64,000 bases of DNA from the NCBI GenBank assembly GCA_951812955.1, contig OX638340.1, positions 1,248,001-1,312,000 on the forward strand, written 5' to 3'. The notes beneath the pieces are model-generated. The model saw only the letters and a program-made list of their open reading frames with translations. It made no database searches and was not told the DNA's origin. The first letter of the stretch is position 1. The number at the start of each line of letters is the position of its first letter. This document shows, in pieces, positions 46,325 through 56,892 of this stretch. The position numbers were made by a program, and so were the translations under genes. The stretch comes from an uncultured Gemmatimonadota bacterium. GTDB lineage: Bacteria; JAAXHH01.

Positions 46325-46912
46325 GTGCCTCGCACCGCCACGAAAACGCGCGAAACCCTGGAAACCCGTATCGAGCTGACCCTCAACCTCGAGGGCGAAG
46401 GCAAGCTTTCCGGAGAAACCGGCATCGGTTTCTTCGACCACATGCTGGGGAGTTTCGTGAAGCACGCGGGGTTCGACCTCGATCTTGCCTGTACCGGCGA
46501 TTTGCATATCGACGATCATCACACGGTGGAAGACGTGGGGATCTGCCTCGGTCAGGCCCTTGCCAGGGCGATCGGCGACGGATCCGGCATTGCGCGATTC
46601 GGCCATGCCTACGCACCACTGGACGAGGCACTGGCCCGGGCCGTCTTCGACGTAAGCGGCAGGGCGCACCTGGAATTCGACGCCGATTTCACCCGGTCTT
46701 CGGTCGGCGATTTCAGCACGGAAATGGTGCGGGAGTTCTTCGGGGCCCTCGTCCACCACGGACGGGTCACCCTGCACATTGCCCTGCTCTCCGGCGTAAA
46801 CGCGCACCACCAGGTCGAAGCGGTCTTCAAGGCGTCGGCCAGGGCCCTGCGCCAGGCCGTGGCCATGGATGACCGGGTATCGGGCGTGCCGTCCACCAAG
46901 GGCAGTCTCTAG
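46325..46912 (+). CDS. hisB: imidazoleglycerol-phosphate dehydratase
   Basis: RETLETRIELTLNLEG..., GIGFFDHMLGSF, DDHHTVEDVGI, HHQVEAVFKA (IGPD Mn-binding His clusters). GTG start with TGAGGT RBS. Confidence 0.9.
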   Translation: MPRTATKTRETLETRIELTLNLEGEGKLSGETGIGFFDHMLGSFVKHAGFDLDLACTGDLHIDDHHTVEDVGICLGQALARAIGDGSGIARFGHAYAPLDEALARAVFDVSGRAHLEFDADFTRSSVGDFSTEMVREFFGALVHHGRVTLHIALLSGVNAHHQVEAVFKASARALRQAVAMDDRVSGVPSTKGSL

Positions 46913-47041
46913 CCCGCGGACGGTTAATCTGTCTTGCCGGCAGAAGACGTGAATTAAATCATGGCGTTATTGACGACGTGTATACCGCATATACATAAAT
47001 GACGTGCGCCTGATACAGCTGCACAATAGACTCGGGACACC

Positions 47042-48085
47042 ATGCACATCGACGAACTGGACACCCCGGCCTACGTGGCCGACCTGGACGTGATGGAGCG
47101 GAATATCGCGTCCATGGCGCAGCACTGCCGCAATCTCGGTATCGCCCTTCGATGCCATACCAAAAGTCACAAGATCCCTGAAATCGCCCACCGCCAGGTC
47201 CGGGCCGGAGCGATCGGCATCTGCTGCCAGAAACTAGGCGAGGCGGAAGTCATGGCCGCGGCGGGCATCGAGAACATCCTGGTCCCTTACAACATCGTGG
47301 GACCCCGGAAGGTGGAACGCCTTACCCGTGTAGCCAGACGTACCGAGATCACCGTGGCCGTCGACGACGTCATCACGGCACAGGGCATTTCGGACCGGGC
47401 GCTACAGGACGGATGCCGGGTCAACGTAATCATCGAGCTGGATACGGGTACGAAGCGTTGTGGCGTCCAGTCGCCCGAAGCGGCGGCGGACCTGGCCGAA
47501 CGCATCATGGACCTGCGCGGTCTCGCATTCAAGGGCGTCATGATCTTTCCCAGTCCTATTGAAGCAAAAGGGTTCTTGCGTGAGACCGTCGAGCGGATCA
47601 CGGAGAAGGGCATCCCCATCGAGATCATCAGCGGGGGCGGCACGGGTGGCGAGGAGAATTCGAAGGCTATGGGCTGCACCGAAACCCGCAGCGGTTCCTA
47701 CATCTGGGAGGGCATGAGCCGCATCGGGAACTCCGGCATGCTCAACGCCGAGCGCTGCGCCTGCCGCATGATCGTCACCGTGGTGAGCGCTCCTACGCCG
47801 GACCGAATCATCATCGACGGCGGGATGAAGACCTTCGCCAGCTACCCGCCCACACCGTACGGCCATATCATCGAGCATCCCGAAGCGGAGATTTACGGCA
47901 TGTCCGTGGAACACGGCCACGTGGACGTATCCCGGTGCGCGCATCGCTTCAAGGTCGGAGAGCGCCTGTCGGTCATTCCCCTGCACCAGGAAATGGCGCT
48001 GAACCTGCACGACGAACTCAACGGCGTACGGGGCGAGCAGGTGGAAGTCGTCTGGCCCGTCGCCGGCCGGGGCAAAGTGAAATAG
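47042..48085 (+). CDS. fold-type-III PLP enzyme of the alanine-racemase-N-terminal / DSD1 / D-threonine aldolase family
   Basis: RCHTKSHK (PLP lysine), N-terminal TIM barrel plus C-terminal beta domain. 347 aa. Confidence 0.75.
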   Translation: MHIDELDTPAYVADLDVMERNIASMAQHCRNLGIALRCHTKSHKIPEIAHRQVRAGAIGICCQKLGEAEVMAAAGIENILVPYNIVGPRKVERLTRVARRTEITVAVDDVITAQGISDRALQDGCRVNVIIELDTGTKRCGVQSPEAAADLAERIMDLRGLAFKGVMIFPSPIEAKGFLRETVERITEKGIPIEIISGGGTGGEENSKAMGCTETRSGSYIWEGMSRIGNSGMLNAERCACRMIVTVVSAPTPDRIIIDGGMKTFASYPPTPYGHIIEHPEAEIYGMSVEHGHVDVSRCAHRFKVGERLSVIPLHQEMALNLHDELNGVRGEQVEVVWPVAGRGKVK

Positions 48086-48112
48086 CCACTGACAGTCTGG
48101 AAGGAGAAAACG

Positions 48113-49657
48113 ATGTCGGAACACCACGGAAGGGAAGTCTGGCAAAGCCGCCTGGGCCTGATCATGGCCATGGCGGGCAACGCCATCGGCCTGGGGAATT
48201 TCCTGCGGTTCCCTGTCCAGGCGGCCGCAAATGGCGGCGGGGCCTTCATGATTCCCTATTTCGTCGCGTTCCTGGTCGTGGGCATCCCCATGATGTGGGT
48301 GGAATGGAGCGTGGGCCGGTTCGGAGGCAAGCATGGCCACGGCACCACGCCGGGTATCCTGTACCGCCTGTGGAAACACCCGGCGGCAAAGTACATAGGC
48401 GTCCTCGGCATCGCTGCGCCGGTGGCCTTCGCGCTCTACTATTCCTACGTACAGTCGTGGACCCTGGCCTACAGCTTCTTCTCGCTGACCGGCGAGTACT
48501 TCGGCATCAGCACCCAGGCGGAGATGGGCGCATTCCTGAGCAGCTTCCAGGGCGTCTCCGAAAGTGCCTACTTCAGCAGCGTCGCCACCGCCTACGTCTT
48601 CTTCCTTATCAATCTCGGTATCGTATTCTGGGTGCTGACCCGTGGCGTGGTTCGGGGCATCGAAACCCTGGCCAAGTTTGCCATGCCCATGCTGCTGATC
48701 TTCGCGATCGTGCTGGTGGCGCGGGTGCTTACCCTGGGCACGCCCGATCCGTCCATGCCGGACCAAAGCGTCATGGCCGGTTTCGCCTGGATCTGGAATC
48801 CGGATCTCAGCCGACTTTCGGAAGGCAGCGTATGGCTCGCGGCAGCGGGTCAGATATTCTTCTCCCTGGGCATCGGCATCGGCAGCATGCAGTGCTACGC
48901 GAGTTATGTCCGCGCCCGGCAGGACGTCGCCCTGACCGGATTGACCACCTCCATGAGCAACGGCTTCGCCGAGGTGGTACTGGGCAGTTCCATCGCCATT
49001 CCCGTAGCCGTGGCCTTCTTCGGCGTCACCGCCACCGAGGCCATCGCGACCGGCGGATCCTTCGACCTGGGCTTTCAGTCCATGCCCCTGATCTTCCAGC
49101 AACTGCCCCTGGGCCAGTTCATCGGGACGCTGTGGTTCGGTCTGCTCTTTTTCGCCGGCATCACATCGACGGTAGCGCTGACGCAACCGCCCATGGCCTT
49201 CCTCCAGGACGAAATGGGCTGGCCGCGTAAGAAGGCGGCCATGGTCGTAGTCTCCTTCCTTTTCATCTTCGGAAACTTCATCGTCTTTAACATCGAGCAT
49301 GGCGTCATCGACGAGCTTGATTTCTGGATTGGGACCGTGGGACTGGTCGTATTTTCCTTCCTCGAGATCATTATATTCGCCTGGATTTTCGGCATGGACA
49401 AGGCATGGGAGGAGATCAACGAAGGTTCGGCAATCAAGATTCCACGGATATTCTACTACATGATCAAGTACGTCACGCCCGTTTCGCTTGCGATCCTGCT
49501 CGTCGTTTGGACCTACCAGGCGGGATTCGATTTGCTCCTGCTGCGCAACGCCAACCCGGAGGACATGCCCTTCCTGCTGATGACGCGCGGCATCATCGTG
49601 GGATTGATCCTGGTCGGCGTATTGCTGGTCAGACGGGTCTCTAAAAACTGGGGCTGA
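48113..49657 (+). CDS. neurotransmitter:sodium symporter (NSS/SNF) family transporter
   Basis: WQSRLGLIMAMAGNAIGLGNFLRFP, 11-12 TM. AAGGAG RBS. 28 bp after the preceding gene (operon). The minus ORF 47402..49300 is a shadow. Confidence 0.85.
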   Translation: MSEHHGREVWQSRLGLIMAMAGNAIGLGNFLRFPVQAAANGGGAFMIPYFVAFLVVGIPMMWVEWSVGRFGGKHGHGTTPGILYRLWKHPAAKYIGVLGIAAPVAFALYYSYVQSWTLAYSFFSLTGEYFGISTQAEMGAFLSSFQGVSESAYFSSVATAYVFFLINLGIVFWVLTRGVVRGIETLAKFAMPMLLIFAIVLVARVLTLGTPDPSMPDQSVMAGFAWIWNPDLSRLSEGSVWLAAAGQIFFSLGIGIGSMQCYASYVRARQDVALTGLTTSMSNGFAEVVLGSSIAIPVAVAFFGVTATEAIATGGSFDLGFQSMPLIFQQLPLGQFIGTLWFGLLFFAGITSTVALTQPPMAFLQDEMGWPRKKAAMVVVSFLFIFGNFIVFNIEHGVIDELDFWIGTVGLVVFSFLEIIIFAWIFGMDKAWEEINEGSAIKIPRIFYYMIKYVTPVSLAILLVVWTYQAGFDLLLLRNANPEDMPFLLMTRGIIVGLILVGVLLVRRVSKNWG

Positions 49658-49692
49658 TCCCTTAATTCGCGGGATTGAATGTGTAGACCGCC

Positions 49693-50772
49693 ATGAGCAG
49701 GCATAACGAAGAATACCAGAGCATCGGCTTGCCTCCCGGCATCATCCGCCTGAGTCGTAACGAGAATCCTATCGGGCCCTCGCCCGGCGTCATCGAAGCG
49801 GTGAAGGCAAGGTGCGCCCGGATCAATCGCTACGAAGACGCTGACCAGATCGCACTCTTCCGCAAACTGGCGGAACTGCACGGCGTGCCCCACGATGAGC
49901 ATCTCGCCCTTCCCGGGGTGGATTCGGACGGTGCGTGGATCCGCGTAGGCGACGGCTCCGAACACCTGATGCACGCCATCGCCCGCGCCTTCCTGTCCGC
50001 GGGAGACGAAGTGATCGAGCCCGACCCCTCCTTTGGACTCATGTCCCGGTACGCGGAGCAGTGTGGCGGCCGCGCCGTGCGCACGCCTTTGACTGCGGAT
50101 TACGTTTATGACCTGGATGCCATGGAAGGTGCCGTCAACGAACGGACCCGCATGGCCGTCATCACCAACCCGAACAATCCCACGGGGACGATCCTCACCC
50201 ACGACGAGCTGTCACGCTTTGTCGCCGGCCTGCCGGAACGGGTGATCGTCCTGGTGGACGAAGCCTACGCGGATCTGGTGGAGGATTGCGCATGCGCCGA
50301 TGGCGCCGCCCTGGTCCGGGAGTTCGAGAACGTCTTCGTGGTACGCACCTTCTCTAAAGGGTACGGCCTGGCGGGATTCCGTTTGGGTTACGGCCTGGCG
50401 CAACCTCATATGATGAAGCGCGTCCGCGCGTTCCATGGCGGAACACCCAGCGCCATGGTCATGACCGCGGGCATTGCCGCCCTCGACGATCCGGATCATG
50501 TATCACGGACCCGTGCCGCGGCGAGTGCCTCCAAGGCACTGTACTACGCGGCGTGCGCTGAACTCGGACTCGAGTATGTCCGCAGCGAGGCGGCCTTCGT
50601 CCTCATCAGGGTGGGAGACGCCGCGGCCGTTGTCGACGCCCTGGCGAAGCGCGGCATACTCGTCATCGACGCCGAATCCTCATGGAAGCTGAAGGGCATG
50701 ATCAGGGTTTCGTACGGCAACGAACGGGAAAGCCGGATATTCGCCGAGGCGCTGCGGCAGATTTTGTGCTGA
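49693..50772 (+). CDS. class II aminotransferase, histidinol-phosphate aminotransferase (HisC) family
   Basis: LSRNENPIGPSP, NPNNPTG, DEAY, RTFSKGYGLAGFRLGYG (PLP lysine). Confidence 0.8.
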   Translation: MSRHNEEYQSIGLPPGIIRLSRNENPIGPSPGVIEAVKARCARINRYEDADQIALFRKLAELHGVPHDEHLALPGVDSDGAWIRVGDGSEHLMHAIARAFLSAGDEVIEPDPSFGLMSRYAEQCGGRAVRTPLTADYVYDLDAMEGAVNERTRMAVITNPNNPTGTILTHDELSRFVAGLPERVIVLVDEAYADLVEDCACADGAALVREFENVFVVRTFSKGYGLAGFRLGYGLAQPHMMKRVRAFHGGTPSAMVMTAGIAALDDPDHVSRTRAAASASKALYYAACAELGLEYVRSEAAFVLIRVGDAAAVVDALAKRGILVIDAESSWKLKGMIRVSYGNERESRIFAEALRQILC

Positions 50773-50846
50773 CGCGCCGGCGAAGACGTGCTCCACCCCC
50801 TCCGTAGCGTTATAAACAAACCGCAATCCAAATCGAAAGGCACACG

Positions 50847-52268
50847 ATGCCCGTATCCGAACTGTGTTTCACCCCGGCGACCGATCTCGTACGAATGATA
50901 CGTAAGAAGGACGTATCGGTAACCGAAGTCATGGAAGCCCATCTCGCGCAGGTCGACCGGGTGAACCCCGTCGTGAACGCCATCGTCACCTATCATCCGG
51001 AACAGGCGCTGGATGGCGCTCGGAAAGCCGACCAGGCCATTGCGCGCAACGAAGCTCAGGGCCCGCTATTCGGCCTGCCCATCGCCCACAAGGACCTGGT
51101 ATCAACCAAGGGAGTCCGGACGACTTTCGGTTCACCAATCTTCCAGGATTTCATTCCGGGACAAGACGAACTGATCGTGGAGCGTTTGAAAAAGGCCGGA
51201 GCGATTTCCTTCGGCAAGACCAACGTGCCGGAATTCGGCGCCGGTTCGCAGACTTTCAATCCAGTTTTCGGGGCGACCCTCAATCCATACGACACGTCCC
51301 GGACCTGCGGCGGAAGCAGCGGGGGCGCCGCGGTGGCGCTCGCCTGCGGCATGCTGCCCATTGCTGACGGGAGCGACATGGGCGGCTCGCTGCGCAACCC
51401 GGCCAGCTTCTGCAACGTGGTGGGGCTGCGGTCCGCGCCGGGCCGCGTGCCGCGGTGGCCGGCGATCAATGCCTGGGGTAAGCTCAGTGTCCAGGGACCT
51501 ATGGCTCGAACGGTCGAGGACGCCGCCCTCATGCTCAGCGCCATAGCGGGTCCCGATCCTCGCGCACCGCTTGCCATCCGCGAACCGGGCCGTGCATTCG
51601 CCCTGCCCCTGGAACGCGATTTCAAGGGGGCGACCGTCGCCTGGAGCATGGACTTCGGCGGGCTGCCCGTGGATCCCGAGGTCACCTCGGCCATCGAAGC
51701 GAAGCGCCAGATATTCGACGATCTCGGGATGACCGTCGAGCCTGGTCAGCCCGATTTCACCGAAGCCGACGAGGTATTCAAGACGCTGCGGGCGTGGAGC
51801 TTCATCCAGGGTTACGGCGATCTCCTCGAGACGCACCGCGACCAGATCAAGGACACCGTCATCTGGAATCTCGAGGCCGGCTTCGCCCTTTCAGGTCCGC
51901 AGATCGCCCGCGCGGAAGTGGACAGGACCACCCTGTACCACCGGGTCCGCAGGTTCATGGAGCGCCACGATTTCATGGTCTTCCCCGTCAGTCAGGTTCC
52001 TCCTTTCGACGTGAATACGCCCTATCCCACGGAAATAGACGGCGTGCGGATGGAAACCTACATTGACTGGATGAAGTCGTGCTACTACGTCACCGTCACG
52101 GGACTGCCCGCCATTTCCGTTCCCTGCGGATTCACTTCGTCGGGGCTCCCCGTGGGACTGCAGATCGTCGGCCGGCACGAGGACGAGTTCGGCGTCCTGC
52201 AACTCGCCCACGCCTTCGAACAGGCAACACAGACGTATAGAAAGCGCCCGTCGGTGGCCGAGGCATGA
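50847..52268 (+). CDS. amidase-signature (AS) family amidase
   Basis: GGSSGGAAVALACGMLPIADGSDMGGSLRNPA (Ser-cisSer-Lys signature), KDL. Confidence 0.85.
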   Translation: MPVSELCFTPATDLVRMIRKKDVSVTEVMEAHLAQVDRVNPVVNAIVTYHPEQALDGARKADQAIARNEAQGPLFGLPIAHKDLVSTKGVRTTFGSPIFQDFIPGQDELIVERLKKAGAISFGKTNVPEFGAGSQTFNPVFGATLNPYDTSRTCGGSSGGAAVALACGMLPIADGSDMGGSLRNPASFCNVVGLRSAPGRVPRWPAINAWGKLSVQGPMARTVEDAALMLSAIAGPDPRAPLAIREPGRAFALPLERDFKGATVAWSMDFGGLPVDPEVTSAIEAKRQIFDDLGMTVEPGQPDFTEADEVFKTLRAWSFIQGYGDLLETHRDQIKDTVIWNLEAGFALSGPQIARAEVDRTTLYHRVRRFMERHDFMVFPVSQVPPFDVNTPYPTEIDGVRMETYIDWMKSCYYVTVTGLPAISVPCGFTSSGLPVGLQIVGRHEDEFGVLQLAHAFEQATQTYRKRPSVAEA

Positions 52269-52337
52269 GCGGGCTCGGCGCATTGCCCATACCGAACTGC
52301 AATGCCACGGACGGACCGATCTGAATCACCGCGTTCG

Positions 52338-52400
52338 GCCATCTCACGCTTTGCCATCATTCGTTCTGCCATTATTCATTCTGCCATTACTCGTCTTGTC
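52338..52400. repeat. 3 copies of a ~13-bp unit (ttctgccatta(t/c)tc) immediately upstream of the FAD-oxidase gene; the 13-mer GTTCTGCCATTAT recurs upstream of clpB
   Basis: Read directly: ttgccatcattc gttctgccattattc attctgccattactc. Confidence 0.5.
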
Positions 52401-52420
52401 CCGTTCAGTCGGTTATCACC

Positions 52421-53779
52421 ATGTCCAATAAGGCGGAAGTCGTCATCTGCGGGGCGGGCATTGCAGGCGTGTCCGCTGCGTACCATCTCTCCCTGCGCCA
52501 TGGCGTGCGGGACATCGTACTCGTCGATGAAAGACCGCCTCTCTCCCTGACCAGCGCCTACGGGACCGAGGCCTACCGAAACTGGTGGCCCGATCTCCCC
52601 ATGTTCCGGTTTATGGACCGGAGCATCGGCCTGATGGAGGAGCTCGCCCGGGAGAGCAATAATGCGATCCGAATGAACCGTAGGGGATACGTTTTCCTCA
52701 CAGGTGACGAGAACCGCGTTCAGGAACTGACAGAAGAAGCGGACGCTGTGTCCAGCCTGGATGGAGGCGCCTTGCGTGTACACCGCGACGCCGGATCGTA
52801 TGTTCCGTCACGGCCGGAAGGCCTGGAACCGGATCTGACGGGCGCCGATCTGCTGCTGGATGAGGATGCGGTGAATACCCTGTTTCCATTTATCACGGAC
52901 GATGCAGTCGCCATGCTGCACGTTCGCCGCTGCGGATGGCTGGATGTACCGTCCCTCGGCCGGTGGATGCTGGACCGCATCGCATCCCGGGGCGGCAGGC
53001 TCGTTCAGGACAGGATTTCGCGGGTCGTGACAGTAAACAACCGGGTCAGGGGCGTGACGCTGGAATCAGGATCGGTCCTCGAAACAGGTAAATTCGTCCT
53101 CGCGGCCGGTCCACTGGTACCTGAAGCCGGCCGGATGCTGGGACTGGATATCCCGGTCTTCATGGAACTGCACGGCAAGGTCGTCGTGGAAGACCGGGCC
53201 GGCGTACTTCCGCCCGAGGCGCCCATGTTGATCTGGACGGACCCCATCGAGCTGGTCTGGGACAATGATGAGCGTGAGACACGCTCTGCGGATCCTGCCA
53301 CGCGCTACCTCACCGAACCCTTCCCCGGGGGGCTCCACATCCGTCCCCGGTTCAGGGACGGTAAACAGACCTTTCTGGGCATCTGGACTTACGATATCAA
53401 GCCGAGGAAGGCTGAATTCCCGCTCGAGTTCGACCCGGCCTACCCGGTGATCATCCTGCGCGGACTCGCCCGGATGATCCCGGGGATGCGCGCGTATTTC
53501 GAAACGGCCGACGCTATGCAGGTCGACGGCGGGTACTACTGCAAGACGGTGGACAACCGGCCGCTGATCGGACCACTGCCCGTCGAAGGCGCATATATCG
53601 CAGGCGCGCTTTCCGGCTACGGTGTGATGGGTTCCCAGGCCGCGGGAGAACTGATCGCCGCCCAGGTCACCGGCGCGGCACTGCCTGATTATGCGGAGGA
53701 CTTCTCCTTCGGTCGTTTTGACGGCCTGTCGTCCGACGACATGTTGAAAATGCGCGACGCGACCAGGGGGCAGCTGTAG
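52421..53779 (+). CDS. FAD-dependent oxidoreductase of the DAO superfamily (D-amino-acid oxidase / glycine oxidase / sarcosine oxidase-beta-like)
   Basis: VVICGAGIAGVSAAYHLS (GxGxxG) ... VLVDE, C-terminal GYG...G block. Confidence 0.75.
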   Translation: MSNKAEVVICGAGIAGVSAAYHLSLRHGVRDIVLVDERPPLSLTSAYGTEAYRNWWPDLPMFRFMDRSIGLMEELARESNNAIRMNRRGYVFLTGDENRVQELTEEADAVSSLDGGALRVHRDAGSYVPSRPEGLEPDLTGADLLLDEDAVNTLFPFITDDAVAMLHVRRCGWLDVPSLGRWMLDRIASRGGRLVQDRISRVVTVNNRVRGVTLESGSVLETGKFVLAAGPLVPEAGRMLGLDIPVFMELHGKVVVEDRAGVLPPEAPMLIWTDPIELVWDNDERETRSADPATRYLTEPFPGGLHIRPRFRDGKQTFLGIWTYDIKPRKAEFPLEFDPAYPVIILRGLARMIPGMRAYFETADAMQVDGGYYCKTVDNRPLIGPLPVEGAYIAGALSGYGVMGSQAAGELIAAQVTGAALPDYAEDFSFGRFDGLSSDDMLKMRDATRGQL

Positions 53780-53985
53780 GTATGGATGTATGGATGTGTG
53801 CTGTCCCATGGCGGACCCGGCCGGACTGCCTGTGGTGTTAAATCACCAGAGAACATGTTGTGCGGCGCTCAAACGACATTTTGTATTGGTCCCCCGTCCC
53901 GCTCATGGTATAATCAGTCAGCACTTTCCCCAGGCAAAACCCGATACCTCGACAATCGGAAATACCAGTCTGAACCGGAGCTTAC

Positions 53986-55104
53986 ATGCCTGCACCTGAC
54001 TACGACCTGCTCATACGCGCCGGCCGCGTGTTCTGCGCGGAAACCGGTCTCGACGGACCGGGCGCCGTGGCTGTGAAAGACGGGCGCATAGCGGCATCCG
54101 GCCCCGGGGTCGAGGGTACCGCCGCCATGGTTTACGACTTCCCCGACGCCCTGGCGTTGCCCGGACTCGTGGACCTGCACGCCCATCCCGCGCGGGGCGG
54201 TTCGCGTTACGGCGTGGATCCCGATGTCCATTTTCTTTCCCGGGGTGTTACGACCGTCATGTCCCAGGGGGACGCGGGCGCCGGAAACTGGCCGGCGTAC
54301 CGGGAACGTGTGATCCGGGCCTGCAGGACGCGGGTACTGCTCGCCATCAATTTATCGATTCATGGTGAATCCCATCCGGACGGCTGCTTTCCCGACCTGG
54401 ACGCCGCGGACATGGACGCCTGCGTTTCCGCCATCGAATCGGGGGGCGGGGATATATGGGGTATCGCGGCGAACACGGGACCCAGCAATCCCACGCCGCC
54501 CAGGGAGATCATGAATCGGGCATTGGAAGCCTCCGAACGATCGGGTAAGCCCCTACTGGTCGGTACGCGCCTTTCCAGCGACTGGTCTCTCGACGACCAA
54601 TTGCCCCTGCTGCGCGCCGGGGACGTGGTGACTTACTGCTTCAACGATTTTCCGGAGAGCGTCGTTAAGGACGGCAGGATCCGGGCCAGCGTGCGCGACG
54701 CCCGCGAACGGGGCGTAATCTTCGATATCGGCCACGGCATGCGGTCATTCAGCTTCGCGGTCGCCGAGGCGGCCATCGCGGACGGATTCCTGCCGGATAC
54801 GATATCCACCGACCAGTACAGCCGTCACGTGGGGAGCAGCCCGCAGCACGACCTGCCCAGAACAATGTCCAAGCTGATCGCCGCGGGGATGTCGGAACGC
54901 GACGCGCTCCCACGTATGACGAGCCGTCCCGCGGAAGTGCTGGGATTGAAGGGCGAGGTCGGCACCCTGCGCGCCGGCGCCTGCGGCGACGTGGCGTTGC
55001 TGCGTTGGAACGAACATGCTCCTCCGCTGCGCGACGTGGACGGCCTAGAGCGGCCCGGCGGATGCTGGGAACCCGTGCTCGCCGCCCGGGCGGGCGTAGT
55101 CTGA
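53986..55104 (+). CDS. metal-dependent amidohydrolase-superfamily protein (dihydroorotase / D-aminoacylase-like)
   Basis: LPGLVDLHAHP (HxH), later His/Asp ligand blocks. The minus ORF 54749..56101 is a shadow. Confidence 0.7.
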   Translation: MPAPDYDLLIRAGRVFCAETGLDGPGAVAVKDGRIAASGPGVEGTAAMVYDFPDALALPGLVDLHAHPARGGSRYGVDPDVHFLSRGVTTVMSQGDAGAGNWPAYRERVIRACRTRVLLAINLSIHGESHPDGCFPDLDAADMDACVSAIESGGGDIWGIAANTGPSNPTPPREIMNRALEASERSGKPLLVGTRLSSDWSLDDQLPLLRAGDVVTYCFNDFPESVVKDGRIRASVRDARERGVIFDIGHGMRSFSFAVAEAAIADGFLPDTISTDQYSRHVGSSPQHDLPRTMSKLIAAGMSERDALPRMTSRPAEVLGLKGEVGTLRAGACGDVALLRWNEHAPPLRDVDGLERPGGCWEPVLAARAGVV

Positions 55105-55273
55105 CATTACGCACGCAATGTGCGACTGCGGCGCGAGCGGGTTTACCAACCACGCCGCCCGGGCGGGTATCATGTAGGCGGATCGGCCGGCTACCGGAAA
55201 GCAGATCACGCAGTTCAGATCCATGCTCAACCCAGGCTAATCCAACCGGCCACACCGATGAGGAGATTTCAAC

Positions 55274-56131
55274 ATGGTATATGGATCGGGAGACTTTACC
55301 TACGAGCTCGTCGAAGGCTGGGGAGGCGGAGCCGCAGGCCGGGACCTCGGGGTGGTATCCTCCATGGCCGTGGATTCGCAGGACCGCGTCCACGTCATCG
55401 ACCGGGAACCGGATCCGGCCGTCGTCGTTTACGACCGCGACGGGCGATTCCTGTACGACTGGGGGCAGGATATCTTCAAGGTGCCCCATTCCATCTGGAT
55501 CAGCGAGGACGACATCATCTACATGACTGACGTCGAGCTGCATACCGTCATGGCCTTCACCCTCGATGGGAAGATGCTCTCCATGCTCGGAACGCCTGAC
55601 AGGCCGGGTGAACTCGGCCAGCCGTTCAATGCGCCAACCTGGGCGGTGCTCGGTCTGGATGACGACCTTTACGTGACCGACGGCTACGGCCAGAGTTACG
55701 CGCACCGTTTTACGACGGCGGGAGAGCGGCTCTGTACATGGGGCGGCCACGGCAACGAGGCGGGACAGTTCGACACGCCCCACTGCGTCCGCGTCGACAA
55801 GGATGGCCGCGTCCTGATCGTGGACCGCGGCAACTCCCGGGTACAGGTATTCGACGCCAACGGCGGCTTCCTCGAATCGTGGGACCATTTGCTGGCCGCC
55901 AACGACCTGTATATCGACCCAGACAACGTGGTGTACCTTGCCGAGGCGCCCGGCAGGGTCAGCATACTCAACCTGGATGGCGAGGTACTGTCGCAGTGGG
56001 GCAACCGGGACGGGAAGTCCGGGCTGTTCGTGGACGCGCCCCACGGGATCTGGGTGGACTCCCATGGTGATATCTACGTGTGCGAAGTACCCTTCGCGCA
56101 TAACCGCATTCAGAAATTCCGGCGGGTGTAG
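55274..56131 (+). CDS. NHL-repeat six-bladed beta-propeller protein
   Basis: Repeated ...P.G(I/V).VD..G.(I/L)YV(T/A)D... units (e.g. PHGIWVDSHGDIYVCE, PHCVRVDKDGRVLIVD). GAGGAG RBS. Confidence 0.65.
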   Translation: MVYGSGDFTYELVEGWGGGAAGRDLGVVSSMAVDSQDRVHVIDREPDPAVVVYDRDGRFLYDWGQDIFKVPHSIWISEDDIIYMTDVELHTVMAFTLDGKMLSMLGTPDRPGELGQPFNAPTWAVLGLDDDLYVTDGYGQSYAHRFTTAGERLCTWGGHGNEAGQFDTPHCVRVDKDGRVLIVDRGNSRVQVFDANGGFLESWDHLLAANDLYIDPDNVVYLAEAPGRVSILNLDGEVLSQWGNRDGKSGLFVDAPHGIWVDSHGDIYVCEVPFAHNRIQKFRRV

Positions 56132-56248
56132 GATTCCACAGGCACCGACCTATGAATCTGCAGGCCGCCGACCCTTGATTCTGCAGGCCGCCGTCAGCGG
56201 GCGGGTCCACATGCGTCGCGGAGTGGCACAAGGAAAGGCTCATAGCAT

Positions 56249-56749
56249 TTGAACTGGCTCGTTCCACTTCTGTTGGGTCTCGTCGTCACCTGGGCGGCGG
56301 CCTGTGGGAACGGCGATGACAATCCCATCTCAAAAACACCTGCACCGGATCCTCCCGCCGACGTCAATAAGGCGGGAAACGTCGTCTTCAGTCCGGGTGG
56401 GGTCGAATCCGCCGCGCAGTGGGGTTCGGATGACTTTGAACTGGGGGCCGTTGCCGTTGCCGGCGATACGCTTACAGTTACCGTATCGTATAGCGGCGGA
56501 TGCAGAACGCACCGGTTCACGCTCGTTGCCGCCGACGGCTTCCTGGAATCGGATCCCGTACAGCTCGAAGTCGCCATTGCCCACGACGCCGACGGCGACC
56601 CGTGCGAGGCATACCCCACGGAAGACTGCCATTTCATCCTCGATCCGATCAAGGCGCGGTACAAGGCGTCCTACGGACCCGGGCCGGGCGCCGTCGTCCT
56701 CAGGCTCGATCGCGCCACGGGCGCACCGCTCATCTATGAGTTCGATTAA
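56249..56749 (+). CDS. hypothetical secreted/lipoprotein (4 Cys)
   Basis: TTG start. MNWLVPLLLGLVVTWAAACGN signal-like N-terminus. No recognisable family. Confidence 0.45.
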   Translation: MNWLVPLLLGLVVTWAAACGNGDDNPISKTPAPDPPADVNKAGNVVFSPGGVESAAQWGSDDFELGAVAVAGDTLTVTVSYSGGCRTHRFTLVAADGFLESDPVQLEVAIAHDADGDPCEAYPTEDCHFILDPIKARYKASYGPGPGAVVLRLDRATGAPLIYEFD

Positions 56750-56759
56750 CCGAGCCCGG

Positions 56760-56868
56760 GTAGCGCGTTGCGGCGAGGCGTCGACAAACTCAGTCCGGGG
56801 TGGCGCGTTGCGATGAGGCGTCGAAAAACTCAGTACGGGGTGGCGCGGTGCGATGAGGCGTCGATTTC
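56760..56868. repeat. 40-bp tandem repeat, 2.7 copies (gtggcgcgttgcgatgaggcgtcgaaaaactcagtacggg)
   Basis: Read directly. Lies between the lipoprotein stop and the GAGGAG RBS of the BNR-repeat gene. Confidence 0.8.
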
Positions 56869-56892
56869 CGGTAACCTGATGAGGAGCGTACG

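Noticed and set aside
47402-49300. 632-aa minus-strand ORF
   Set aside because: It is the shadow of the DSD1-like and NSS transporter genes. The low-complexity Gly/Arg/Asp/His-rich translation has no domain.
54749-56101. 450-aa minus-strand ORF (also 23487..24941-, 13918..15021-, 44950..46038+, 6935..7747+, 26451..26708-, 27617..28216-)
   Set aside because: All are antisense or off-frame shadows of well-supported genes. Their compositions are Arg/Pro/Gly-rich with no recognisable motifs.
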